DNA of 64,000 bases from an uncultured SAR86 cluster bacterium (GTDB lineage: Bacteria; Pseudomonadota; Gammaproteobacteria; Magnimaribacterales; AG-339-G14): positions 29,133 through 93,132 of the forward strand of contig CABZHD010000004.1 of NCBI GenBank assembly GCA_902525435.1. The letters run 5' to 3'. Of the stretch, positions 1 through 8,937 are shown in pieces. A program made the translations under genes and the position numbers. The notes beneath the pieces were generated by a model. The model worked only from the letters and a program-made list of their open reading frames with translations. It was not told where the DNA came from and ran no database searches. Each line of letters opens with the position of its first letter. Within the stretch, counting starts at the first letter, position 1.

Positions 1-1071
1 TTTGTCATCTGATTTGATGATAGAAGCGTTATCCATGAGATCCATTCCAAAATTTGCTATATCTTGAAGTTTATTCGCGCTAACGATTTTAGTTATAGAA
101 GCATCTGGACCAGGAGTATCACCTCTTGAAAGGGCAGAGATGTTTCTCATTTTTGTATATTTCAATCCAGCATACTCGCAGTACCAATCTGCTAGTCTTT
201 CTCGAACTCCACCGTTACTGATGGCATTCTCACCGTTAAAGTCACTTTCTTTAGTCAATTCAAAAATCTCTTGAAAATCGACACCCGACGCATCTCCAAC
301 AGCTAATCTCTCGTTCATAAGAGTAGTAAGAGCAACTTTCCATCCATCTCCAACTTCTCCTAATCTCTGAGAATCAGGAATTTTGACATCAGTGAAATAA
401 ACTTCATTAAAGTTAGCTCCACCGGTGATTTGTCTTATTGGTCTCACTTCTATTCCAGGAGATTTCATATCTAAAAAGAAGTAAGTCAATCCTTTATGCT
501 TCGGAGCATTGAAGTCACTTCTTGTGACAAGAATTGCATAATCACTGTAATGAGCCCCTGATGTCCATACTTTTTGACCATTTATTGTCCAAGTATCACC
601 ATCCAATTCAGCTTTGGTCTTAATTCCAGCAAGGTCTGAACCTGCACCTGGCTCACTAAAAAGCTGACACCATATTTCTTGACCTTTTGCCATTGGCGGA
701 AGATATTGTTTTTTCTGCTCTTCAGTTGCATAAAGCATCATGGTAGGACCAGCCATACCTTGTCCGATTTCATGGAAACCTCCAGGAACTTTATACTTAC
801 TCTCTTCTTGAGCCCAAATTACTCTCTCTATTGCAGTAGCATCTCTACCTCCGTATTCTTTAGGCCAATGAAGACAAGCCCAGCCAGCTTCATATTTTTT
901 GGTCATCCAATCTTTGGCATCTTGTAAGGCACTTGATTCACCACCTTCTCCAGTCATTTCTGCTGGACGGTAAACGTCACGAGAATGCTCTTTCTTTTCT
1001 GCGTTTGCACTTAGCCAATCAGAGGCTTCTTTTCTAAATTTTGCTTCTTCAGCGGTATCATTAAAATCCAT
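1..1071 (-). CDS. acyl-CoA dehydrogenase, N-terminal 357 codons only (C-terminus lies beyond the window edge)
   Basis: Absent from the ORF track because it runs off the edge. My reverse-strand translation from the ATG at 1071..1069 reads MDFNDTAEEAKFRKEASDWL...QLFSEPGAGSDLAG...TWTINGQKVWTSGAHYSDYAILV..., typical ACAD N-terminal and middle domains. An AGGAG lies 6 nt upstream of the ATG. Confidence 0.85.
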   Translation of the reverse strand, partial: MDFNDTAEEAKFRKEASDWLSANAEKKEHSRDVYRPAEMTGEGGESSALQDAKDWMTKKYEAGWACLHWPKEYGGRDATAIERVIWAQEESKYKVPGGFHEIGQGMAGPTMMLYATEEQKKQYLPPMAKGQEIWCQLFSEPGAGSDLAGIKTKAELDGDTWTINGQKVWTSGAHYSDYAILVTRSDFNAPKHKGLTYFFLDMKSPGIEVRPIRQITGGANFNEVYFTDVKIPDSQRLGEVGDGWKVALTTLMNERLAVGDASGVDFQEIFELTKESDFNGENAISNGGVRERLADWYCEYAGLKYTKMRNISALSRGDTPGPDASITKIVSANKLQDIANFGMDLMDNASIIKSDDK

Positions 1072-1085
1072 TTAGTACTCCTAAA

Positions 1086-2195
1086 TTATTGAGGTAAATT
1101 ACTTCTTTCAATCGAAGAAACAAGCTTATCTTTCCATAAACTTTGTCCGCCTATGTTAGCAGATAATAATCTTGCTCTTCTATAAAAGAGGTGACAATCA
1201 AATTCCCAAGTTGCACCCATTCCACCATGAGTCTGGATGTTTTCTTTGGAACATTCATAAAAAGCTTTAGTTGCACTTACTCTTGCAGTCGCAGCAGCAA
1301 CAGGAAGTTCTGGCGCGTCGTTACCTAAAGCCCAAGCGCCAAAGTAACAGTTTGATCTAGCCAGAGTAAGGGAAATATACATATCAGCTAGTTTATGTTT
1401 TATTGCTTGGAAAGAACCTATTTGCCTACCAAAGGCGTATCTTCCCATAGCGTATTCTTTTGCCATATTCATTGATGCTTCAGCTCCACCAACTTGTTCA
1501 AATGCAAACAAGACAGCCGCTTGATTTAAAAGCTTATCTATTGCTTCTGAAGAAGAATCTTCAATAATTTCAGCATCTGCATCTTTAAAACTTATGTTTG
1601 CATAGGAACGCGAACCATCAAAACACTCGGCTTTTGAAACTTCTACACCTTTGCTGTCAGCATCCACTAAAAAAAGTCCAACCTTATCCCCAGATTTAGC
1701 TGAAACAACAAAAAGATTGGCAATATCTCCGTCCGGGACCGCTATTTTTTCTCCACTTAACTTTCCATTTTGAAAAGTTGTTTTAGCATTATCAGATGTG
1801 GGTGTTCCTAGTTCTTCTGAGTGTGCAAATGTTCCGATCATCTCTCCAGCGGCAAGTTTTGGAAGATATTCTTTTTTTACATCATCATTAGACGAGTTTA
1901 TTATCGCTGTGGTAGCTAAATAAACACTTGAAGAGTATGGAATTGGAGCTATTGCTCTTCCCATTTCCTCAGCGACCACACAAAGCTCAAGAAATCCAAG
2001 CCCAATACCACCGTGTTCTTCAGGAATTGTTATAGCTGTAAGACCCATCTCAACAACTTTATTCCATAGATCTTTATCAAAATTTTCATCGCCTTCTAAA
2101 ATATTTCTATTCCTTTTTACGGAATCTTCTTTTTCAAAAAGTTTTCTCACTTCTTCTTTCATGACCAATTGGTCATCAGAAAATTCAAAATTCAT
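1086..2195 (-). CDS. acyl-CoA dehydrogenase family protein
   Basis: 369 aa with an ACAD-like layout throughout. The C-terminal region is ...AFYECSKENIQTHGGMGATWEFDCHLFYRRARLL.... Its stop is only 14 nt from the next ACAD gene on the same strand. Confidence 0.85.
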   Translation of the reverse strand: MNFEFSDDQLVMKEEVRKLFEKEDSVKRNRNILEGDENFDKDLWNKVVEMGLTAITIPEEHGGIGLGFLELCVVAEEMGRAIAPIPYSSSVYLATTAIINSSNDDVKKEYLPKLAAGEMIGTFAHSEELGTPTSDNAKTTFQNGKLSGEKIAVPDGDIANLFVVSAKSGDKVGLFLVDADSKGVEVSKAECFDGSRSYANISFKDADAEIIEDSSSEAIDKLLNQAAVLFAFEQVGGAEASMNMAKEYAMGRYAFGRQIGSFQAIKHKLADMYISLTLARSNCYFGAWALGNDAPELPVAAATARVSATKAFYECSKENIQTHGGMGATWEFDCHLFYRRARLLSANIGGQSLWKDKLVSSIERSNLPQ

Positions 2196-2272
2196 ATCTC
2201 CTCCATATTTCTCAAAAAAAACATTTCATTGTAACCATCTATCATTAGAATGTAATCCCATATAACTTATAT

Positions 2273-2902
2273 ATGGAAAATAATTCTAAAAATATTAGAC
2301 CTTATAAAGATCTGTCTTCAAGGAAGATCTCTGCATCTTCTTCGATAAGTTTATCGAGTCTTTTAGTTCCTTTAATACTTATAGTTGTAGTAATTTTAAG
2401 CACAGTCTTCATAAGCTTAAACCAAAACAAACTCCAAAAAGAGATATCTGAAGTTAACCTAAGGCTTTCAACTATGGAAAAAAATCAGGCAGACCTTGGA
2501 GAAACTTCTCAGATAACACTGGAATCTCTGGAGCAAAATTTAAAAGATGCAAACTTTGAAATTAGAAAACTCTGGGATTTAAGTAATAAAAGAAACAGAA
2601 GAAACATAGAAACTACGATGAAATCTCTGGAAACACTCCAAGAACAATCAGACGACATGGTCAAAAAATCGCAATTGAATGAGGAGTCTTTGAAAAGGCT
2701 TGCATTATCTCTAGATAAAACAAGAAAACTCGTGGCAAGAATATCAGGCGCTGATAATTCCTTTGATCAACTCGAATCCAAAATATCAGAAATTGAAGAG
2801 GCAAATAAATCTAATATGGCTTTCAGAGAACAGATAAGCGAGGCATTAATTCGAATTCAAGCAGACCTCAGCAGTTTAGAGATTGCTTTAGAAGATAAAT
2901 AA
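2273..2902 (+). CDS. membrane-anchored coiled-coil protein, function unknown
   Basis: 209 aa with one TM helix (LLVPLILIVVVILSTVFISL), followed by an E/K/L/S-rich heptad-like sequence. No catalytic motif recognised. Confidence 0.55.
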   Translation: MENNSKNIRPYKDLSSRKISASSSISLSSLLVPLILIVVVILSTVFISLNQNKLQKEISEVNLRLSTMEKNQADLGETSQITLESLEQNLKDANFEIRKLWDLSNKRNRRNIETTMKSLETLQEQSDDMVKKSQLNEESLKRLALSLDKTRKLVARISGADNSFDQLESKISEIEEANKSNMAFREQISEALIRIQADLSSLEIALEDK

Positions 2903-2919
2903 TTTATATTAACTTCTAC

Positions 2920-3004
2920 GCGGATATGGTGGAACTGGTAGACACGCTAGATTTAGGTTCTAGTGCCGAAAGGTGTGGGGGTTCGACTCCCTCTATCCGC
3001 ACCA
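2920..3004 (+). tRNA. tRNA-Leu (anticodon TAG)
   Basis: Acceptor GCGGATA/TATCCGC, anticodon stem CTAGA/TCTAG with loop TTTAGGT, long variable arm, T-loop GGTTCGACTCC, and an encoded CCA. Confidence 0.9.
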
Positions 3005-3012
3005 AAGTAAAT

Positions 3013-3858
3013 TTACTTCAAATGCTCTATTAGAAGAGTAGGTACATTGCAAGTATGAGACTTTAAAGTCGCAACTAGGGTTTTTGGTTTTCTGCCATCC
3101 TTCACATCTGAAATTTCTACTCCCTCCGATACCAACCTAGCATGCGTTTTTCTTATATCTTTGGTTGTCCAAGCTAAACCCCAAGCTTTATCAATAGGTT
3201 TATCTGCATCGTTATTAATTCCAATTGCTTCAATCGTCGTTTGATTCGTTCTAAAAAACAACATTCTTCCTCCCCATTTTTCAACATATTGATCCAAAGC
3301 GAGTCTGATTCCGTAAGTATCTCTGTAAAGCTCTATTAATCCATCTGGATCATTGGAGTTGATAACAATATGATCGAGACGCTCAACTTGATCGTTTTCA
3401 AAGGATTCGTATTTCGGAAGAATCCCTGAGGTGTGCTCAATTAACAAGGTAAAGACTCCACGAGTAGATTCTTTTGGGAGCATAATATTTTTCCATTCTC
3501 TTTTAGCGCCTGAATCTAAATTGATTCCCTTGCCAGATGTAATTTTTATATTTTGGAAATTTGAGTATTCCTTAGATTGAAAAACTTCTTCAATGTTTTC
3601 AACTTCCAATGCTATTCCAAAGATACTTTCTCCATTTTCCTTGATATGGTCGTTAACTTGATCTGCTAAAAATCCTTCTGAAGTTCCAGCAATCAACTCT
3701 AAATAAAGATTCTCCAAAGGGAACAGGATATTTTGAGTTCCAAGACTAGGATGTTTACCGCGCCAAGTGGGTTTGAGACCTAAAACTTTTTCATATTGAA
3801 GAGACGATTCTTCAAGATTTTTTACAGCTATTAAAATGTGATCTATCGATTTAATCAT
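3013..3858 (-). CDS. two-domain VOC (glyoxalase/bleomycin-resistance/dioxygenase) family protein
   Basis: 281 aa. The N-terminus IDHILIAVKNLEESSLQYEKVLGL and a second repeat LDHIVINSNDPDGLIELYRDTYGI are typical VOC beta-alpha-beta-beta-beta modules. Confidence 0.7.
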   Translation of the reverse strand: MIKSIDHILIAVKNLEESSLQYEKVLGLKPTWRGKHPSLGTQNILFPLENLYLELIAGTSEGFLADQVNDHIKENGESIFGIALEVENIEEVFQSKEYSNFQNIKITSGKGINLDSGAKREWKNIMLPKESTRGVFTLLIEHTSGILPKYESFENDQVERLDHIVINSNDPDGLIELYRDTYGIRLALDQYVEKWGGRMLFFRTNQTTIEAIGINNDADKPIDKAWGLAWTTKDIRKTHARLVSEGVEISDVKDGRKPKTLVATLKSHTCNVPTLLIEHLK

Positions 3859-3932
3859 TAATTATGAGCAGTAGTCAGGATTTCAATTTTCGTATAATCT
3901 AACAATGATATATTTTTTATGAGGAGAAAAAA

Positions 3933-5198
3933 ATGAACTTTGAACATTCTGACAAAGTAAAAGACTTACTAGCTAGAGTATCTAAATTTATGGATGACAA
4001 TATTTATCCAGCAGAATCCGTTTATGCAGAACAAATGCAGGCTTTTAGAGACGAAGGCAATCCTTGGCAAGTTGTTCCAATTGTAGAAGAACTTAAAAAG
4101 AAAGCTAGAGCAGAAGGGCTTTGGAATTTCTTTTTACCTGAGAGTTCTTATGGGTTTGGATTGACTAACCTTGAATATGCGCCTTTGGCTGAATTAATGG
4201 GTAGAAGCGGCATTGCTTCTGAGGTATTTAATTGCTCGGCTCCTGATACAGGAAACATGGAAGTCATAGAAAGATATGGAAATGATGAGCACAAAAAATT
4301 ATGGCTCGAGCCATTGCTTAACGGTGAGATCAGATCAGCGTTTGCCATGACTGAGCCAAATGTTGCGTCTTCTGATGCGACTAATATTTCTAGTTCAATT
4401 GTTGATGCTGGAGATCATTACGTCATCAACGGTGAAAAATGGTGGACTTCTGGTGCAGGGGATCCTCGCTGTAAGATTCTTGTCTTCATGGGTGTAACTA
4501 ATCCAGACAATCCGAAACATCAGAGACAATCACAAATTCTTGTCCCTATGGATACTCCTGGAATCGAAATCTTAAGAATGATGAATGTCTTTGGATCAGA
4601 TGATGCCCCGCATGGACATGGTCATTTGAGATTTACAGACGTGAAAGTACCTAAAGAAAATCTACTTTTAGGAGAAGGTAGAGGTTTTGAAATCGCTCAA
4701 GGAAGACTTGGTCCAGGAAGAATTCATCACTGCATGAGAACAATTGGTGTTGCTGAGAGAGCTTTAGATATTCTCTGTGAGAGAGCTACAAATCGAGAGG
4801 CATTTGGTAAGCCTCTTGCTGAGTTAGGAGGAAACTATGATGTCATTGCCGATTGCCGTATCGAAATCGACAGCTGCAGATTACTTACTCTTAACGCTGC
4901 TCATATGATGGATACCGTAGGTAACAAAATTGCCAAAAGTGAAATTGCTCAAATTAAAGTGGCTGTTCCAAATATGGCTTTGAGAGTTATCGATAAAGCA
5001 ATTCAAATTCATGGCGGAGCGGGAGTTTCTCAAGATACGCCTTTAGCCAGAATGTACGCAAGCATGAGAACCTTAAGACTTGCAGACGGTCCTGATGAGG
5101 TTCACAGAAGAACCGTTGCCAGATTAGAACTTGGTAAGCATCAAGCCCAAGCAGCTAAAGATGGTTCGCCAGACGTATACGTAGGAAGGCCTAGTTAG
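3933..5198 (+). CDS. acyl-CoA dehydrogenase (ACAD10/11 / FadE2-like)
   Basis: 421 aa with ...[17 protein letters not shown]..., WWTSGA, and C-terminal ...[22 protein letters not shown], the characteristic DGPDEVH end of this ACAD subgroup. Confidence 0.9.
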   Translation: MNFEHSDKVKDLLARVSKFMDDNIYPAESVYAEQMQAFRDEGNPWQVVPIVEELKKKARAEGLWNFFLPESSYGFGLTNLEYAPLAELMGRSGIASEVFNCSAPDTGNMEVIERYGNDEHKKLWLEPLLNGEIRSAFAMTEPNVASSDATNISSSIVDAGDHYVINGEKWWTSGAGDPRCKILVFMGVTNPDNPKHQRQSQILVPMDTPGIEILRMMNVFGSDDAPHGHGHLRFTDVKVPKENLLLGEGRGFEIAQGRLGPGRIHHCMRTIGVAERALDILCERATNREAFGKPLAELGGNYDVIADCRIEIDSCRLLTLNAAHMMDTVGNKIAKSEIAQIKVAVPNMALRVIDKAIQIHGGAGVSQDTPLARMYASMRTLRLADGPDEVHRRTVARLELGKHQAQAAKDGSPDVYVGRPS

Positions 5199-5325
5199 TC
5201 TTTTTAGTTCTTCTGCAGCGCTCGCTGCAGAAGACTACGTTATCCCAATCACGTTCCCATTTTTTTCTCCATGAAAAAGGCTTGTTGCACCTTTTACATA
5301 TCTTTTCTGGGAGAGGTTTTTTCAA
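5191..5325 (-). CDS. small zinc-ribbon protein, DUF2256-like (44 aa, below the ORF-track cut-off)
   Basis: My translation from TTG 5325..5323 gives (M)[43 protein letters not shown], with stop TAG at 5193..5191. It has CxxC...CxxxC plus a WRKKW signature. It starts 4 nt after the stop of the photolyase-family gene on the same strand. Confidence 0.75.
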   Translation of the reverse strand: MKKPLPEKICKRCNKPFSWRKKWERDWDNVVFCSERCRRTKKTN

Positions 5326-5329
5326 GAAA

Positions 5330-6814
5330 CTAATATGTCGTTAAGCTGATAAAGTCTTCAGCAAGTTTAAAAATCCTTTCTTTTTTATCTTTGTTCATTT
5401 TATCCAAAGATCTTGTCATCAACGACAACCTAGGATTAGATTTAAAGAATTCGCTGTGCCTAGAAATAAAACTCCAATATAAACCATCCACGATTTCACA
5501 CCAATTTCCTCTTTTAAAATTACTCATTTTTAAAAGATAATTCGAACCACATATGTAAGGTTTAGTCGACATAATGCCCGCATCTGCATAAGTACTCATT
5601 CCAAAAACATTTGGAACCATCACCCATTCTGATGAATCTAAGTACATTTCCATAAACCAAGTGTAAATTTCTTTAGGCGATACTCCTGCTAGGTTCATGA
5701 TGTTAGCGATAACCATGAGTCTGTTTATATGATGGGTATAGCCATGATCGATAGAATCCTTAATTGCTTTATCCAAGGGATCAATTCCAGTTGAACCTTC
5801 ATACCAGCAATCTTTTAATTTTTTATTGTGATTAAAGAAATTAGAATTCTCTTGATCAACACCCTTCAAGTCGTAAACACCTTTTATGAATTCTCTCCAA
5901 CCTATAATTTGTCTGATAAATCCTTCAAGAGAATTTAATGGGATATTATTTTTCTTTGCGTAACTTAAAGACTGATCTACAACTTCATCAGGAGTTATCA
6001 AGCCGATATTTAAAAGGGGGCTAAGCAGAGAATGAAACAAAAAAGTTTCATTTGTATCTATTGCATCTTCATAATCGCCAAAAAGTGAAAACCGCTCCTC
6101 TAAAAAAGATTTCAACCATTTTTTTGCTTCGTTTCTGTTGCAGGGGATTTTCATACCATCCAGCTTCCCAGGATGATTAGAAAAATTTTCCATAATGATA
6201 TTTTTTATTTCTTCCTTATAAATTGAATCTTTTATTTTTGGAATTTTTGGAATGGACAGACCTTTAGGTAACTTTTTACGATTTTCTTCATCAAACGACC
6301 ATTTACCTCCAATAGGCTTATCGTCACTCATCAAAATATTAAGCTTTTTCCTCATTTTTTTATAAAAGTCAGCCATAAAAAGTCTTTTACCGTCCATGAG
6401 GTCTTTGAACTCACCTTTCTGAAGAATGAACATAGGATTATGTAGTTCTTCATAATCCAAATTCTTGGTCTCTAAAAATGCATAGAGTTGTTCCTTAAAT
6501 GCTTTATCTACAGGCTCAAAAAAGCACAACTTCTCAATTTTATTTTTCCTGATTACATCCGTGACATTATCTAAGTAACTTTTTTTATTTTCTGTTAACT
6601 CTATGTAATGGACGGTTTTGTCCAATGAGAGAAGAGAATCTCTATATTCACGCATCGAGGTTAAAAACATTAGAATTTTTGATTTGTGATGCTTTACGTA
6701 AGTGCATAGATCATAATCTTCAATCATCAATACATGATTAAAGTTATATTTTTTTAGTTCTTCTAACGGAAATAATTGATTTCCTAAGACAATTAATAGA
6801 TTATTCTCCACCAC
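5330..6814 (-). CDS. cryptochrome/photolyase-family protein, COG3046 / FeS-BCP (prokaryotic 6-4 photolyase, CryPro) type
   Basis: 494 aa with N-terminal [71 protein letters not shown] and [14 protein letters not shown], all hallmarks of the photolyase-related family. Confidence 0.85.
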   Translation of the reverse strand: MVENNLLIVLGNQLFPLEELKKYNFNHVLMIEDYDLCTYVKHHKSKILMFLTSMREYRDSLLSLDKTVHYIELTENKKSYLDNVTDVIRKNKIEKLCFFEPVDKAFKEQLYAFLETKNLDYEELHNPMFILQKGEFKDLMDGKRLFMADFYKKMRKKLNILMSDDKPIGGKWSFDEENRKKLPKGLSIPKIPKIKDSIYKEEIKNIIMENFSNHPGKLDGMKIPCNRNEAKKWLKSFLEERFSLFGDYEDAIDTNETFLFHSLLSPLLNIGLITPDEVVDQSLSYAKKNNIPLNSLEGFIRQIIGWREFIKGVYDLKGVDQENSNFFNHNKKLKDCWYEGSTGIDPLDKAIKDSIDHGYTHHINRLMVIANIMNLAGVSPKEIYTWFMEMYLDSSEWVMVPNVFGMSTYADAGIMSTKPYICGSNYLLKMSNFKRGNWCEIVDGLYWSFISRHSEFFKSNPRLSLMTRSLDKMNKDKKERIFKLAEDFISLTTY

Positions 6815-6854
6815 GTAATATTAACGATTCATTTTTAACTAACGTAATAATTTT

Positions 6855-7331
6855 ATGAAAGATATTTTTCCTACTCCTGGTGGATCAGTAACAGTCACTG
6901 ATGAAATGTGCGACATGAATGGTCATATGAACGTTAGGTTCTATCAAACAATTCCCATGGACTACGAAGGTAATTTTTATCATAGCCTTGGATTTGGAGA
7001 AGATTATATTTCCAAGGGATATTCTTCATTTACTATCGAACAAAATATTAGTTACCTTAAAGAATGTCTCAAAGGCGAGGTACTAACTCCTCGTTTTCGT
7101 ATGCTGAACGTTAATAAAAAGCTTTATCATTACGTCTGCGCTATCTGTAAAGAGAATGATGAGGTTGCTGCTTTGGTGGAAACTGTTGAAATTCACATTG
7201 ATATGTCGATTAGGAAATCATCTGAAATGTCAGATGAAATTTTCAAAACTATGGCGGACATGAAAAAGGATCATGATTTAAGTGCCCCTTATCCCTTCGA
7301 TATCAAACTAAAAATTAAGTCAATTATTTAG
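6855..7331 (+). CDS. hotdog-fold acyl-CoA thioesterase (4HBT/YbgC-like)
   Basis: 158 aa. The N-terminal CDMNGHMNVRFY matches the D-x-(N/D)-x-x-G-H-(V/M)-x-N-x-x-Y thioesterase signature. Confidence 0.65.
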   Translation: MKDIFPTPGGSVTVTDEMCDMNGHMNVRFYQTIPMDYEGNFYHSLGFGEDYISKGYSSFTIEQNISYLKECLKGEVLTPRFRMLNVNKKLYHYVCAICKENDEVAALVETVEIHIDMSIRKSSEMSDEIFKTMADMKKDHDLSAPYPFDIKLKIKSII

Positions 7332-8100
7332 ATTTAAAGATAGGTTCTCTCCTGTCGAGAGATGCTTTTATTCCTTCTTTGAAATCATCAGTTTCTCTTA
7401 ATCTATTTTGCTCAGATAGTTCCCACTGAGTAATTTTCTCAATTTCATCAGCCAAACCTTCTTTGATTGTTGACCTTATGGCCTGAACTCCAAGCGGACC
7501 AGCCGAATTAATTTCATGAGCTAAATTCTCTGCTGAAGACATTAACTCTTCTTTGGATACTAAATAATCAGCTAATCCAATATCAAAAGCCTCATCGCCA
7601 GTTATTCTTCTACCAGTTAACAACATTAGAGCAGCCTTTTGGTGACCTACAACTCTTGGCAACGTAATTGTCGTCCCGAAGCCTTGATGAAAAGCTAACT
7701 TTGCAAAATTTGCACTAAATCTTGATTCAGGACAGGCAACTCTAAAGTCACATGCCAAAGAAACGCCAAGCCCACCTCCAACGGCAGCACCTTGAATGAC
7801 TCCAATAATTGGTTTCTTTGTTCTGAACAATCTGACAGCTTGTTGATACAACTTTTCATAAGGATCTGACTCTTCCTTCATAGATGATCTGGTGAAATCT
7901 GCTCCCGCACAAAAATGTTTGCCTTCGGAATAAAGTATGATTGATCTACAATCATCATTTTTGTCCATCTCTTCAAGGACATCGGCAATTTCGCCTATCA
8001 ATTCTGCATCAAAAAAATTGTTTGGCGGCCTATTTATTTTTATGTAGGCAGTATGATTTTTTAACTCAAATACCAAGTCATTTAGTTTTTCTAAGTTCAT
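7324..8100 (-). CDS. enoyl-CoA hydratase/isomerase (crotonase) family protein
   Basis: 258 aa with FCAGADF, GAAVGGGLGVSLACDFRV and C-terminal ...FKEGIKASLDRREPIF. Confidence 0.9.
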   Translation of the reverse strand: MNLEKLNDLVFELKNHTAYIKINRPPNNFFDAELIGEIADVLEEMDKNDDCRSIILYSEGKHFCAGADFTRSSMKEESDPYEKLYQQAVRLFRTKKPIIGVIQGAAVGGGLGVSLACDFRVACPESRFSANFAKLAFHQGFGTTITLPRVVGHQKAALMLLTGRRITGDEAFDIGLADYLVSKEELMSSAENLAHEINSAGPLGVQAIRSTIKEGLADEIEKITQWELSEQNRLRETDDFKEGIKASLDRREPIFKSK

Positions 8101-8154
8101 AATAATTCTGTATTTTTTTATTCTAGTTAGTAACTTACAGGTAAAATAACTTTT

Positions 8155-8364
8155 ATGTCGAGTTTATTTAGTTTCTTAAAAAAAATAGATTACCTTCTCT
8201 TTTTTATCTATGGAATTATGGGCTTTGGCAGTTTATTTTTTATTCAAGCTTTTAGAGATTTCATGACATTGAATGCTACTTTAGAATTTCTTATATGCTT
8301 TTTAATTCTCTCTCCCATCTACTATTTGGTTCGAGTACTGAAAAAAAAATATATAAATGATTAG
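8155..8364 (+). CDS. small integral membrane protein (2 TM), unknown function
   Basis: 69 aa, hydrophobic. Its stop overlaps the start of the next small ORF by 8 nt. Confidence 0.45.
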   Translation: MSSLFSFLKKIDYLLFFIYGIMGFGSLFFIQAFRDFMTLNATLEFLICFLILSPIYYLVRVLKKKYIND

Positions 8365-8560
8365 ATTAATTCTTGGTATTGGAATTGTGTTGGTCACTTC
8401 CATGTTAGTTACCTATCTAACGAGGAAATTTGGCAAATCCATCGCCATAGCACTCTCCATCTCCATTGGAATTATTGTCGGTGTTATTATTTATTCTCAT
8501 GAAGATGGTTGTGTCGTAGAATCTGAAGAGCAAGCTGCAAAAATTTGTTGGTTCAAATGA
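8357..8560 (+). CDS. small integral membrane protein (2 TM) with a C-terminal Cys pair, unknown function
   Basis: 67 aa with two hydrophobic helices and the tail ...HEDGCVVESEEQAAKICWFK. Its stop forms an ATGA overlap with the rhodanese start. Confidence 0.45.
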   Translation: MIRLILGIGIVLVTSMLVTYLTRKFGKSIAIALSISIGIIVGVIIYSHEDGCVVESEEQAAKICWFK

Positions 8561-8919
8561 AAAAATCATTTTTAGATATAGTTGAAGAAGCATTGGTTAA
8601 CGTTGATGAAGTGGATTGTATTCAACTAAAACATGCCAAAGATAACGAAGAGGATTTTATTCTAATCGATAGTAGAGAAAGGGAAGAATGGGATGCTTCT
8701 AGAATTCCTAATTCGATCCATATGAGTAAAGGATTGATCGAAAAAATGGTTGAAGCAAACATCCCCGATCGAGACACAAAACTTATTATTTATTGTCAAT
8801 CAGGTTTTAGGTCGGTTTTAGCTTGCGAAAGCATAAAACGTATGGGTTATAATCAAGTTTCATCTTTGAAAGGCGGAATCTCTGAATGGCAGTCTTCAGG
8901 TTTTCCCATAGAGGATTAA
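8557..8919 (+). CDS. single-domain rhodanese-like sulfurtransferase
   Basis: Active-site loop CQSGFRS, flanked by the typical ...LIDSREREEWDASRIPNSIHM... and ...GGISEW. I prefer the ATG at 8557 (ATGA overlap) over the track's TTG at 8545. Confidence 0.8.
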   Translation: MKKSFLDIVEEALVNVDEVDCIQLKHAKDNEEDFILIDSREREEWDASRIPNSIHMSKGLIEKMVEANIPDRDTKLIIYCQSGFRSVLACESIKRMGYNQVSSLKGGISEWQSSGFPIED

Positions 8920-8937
8920 GACTAGATAAAGAATATT

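Noticed and set aside
5209-5234. A perfect 10-bp inverted repeat, TCTTCTGCAG-cgctcg-CTGCAGAAGA, between convergent genes. It first looked like a shared terminator.
   Set aside because: It has no U-tract on either strand, and it lies inside the DUF2256-like ORF, where it simply encodes ...FCSERCRR.... The palindrome is a by-product of the Cys/Arg codons.
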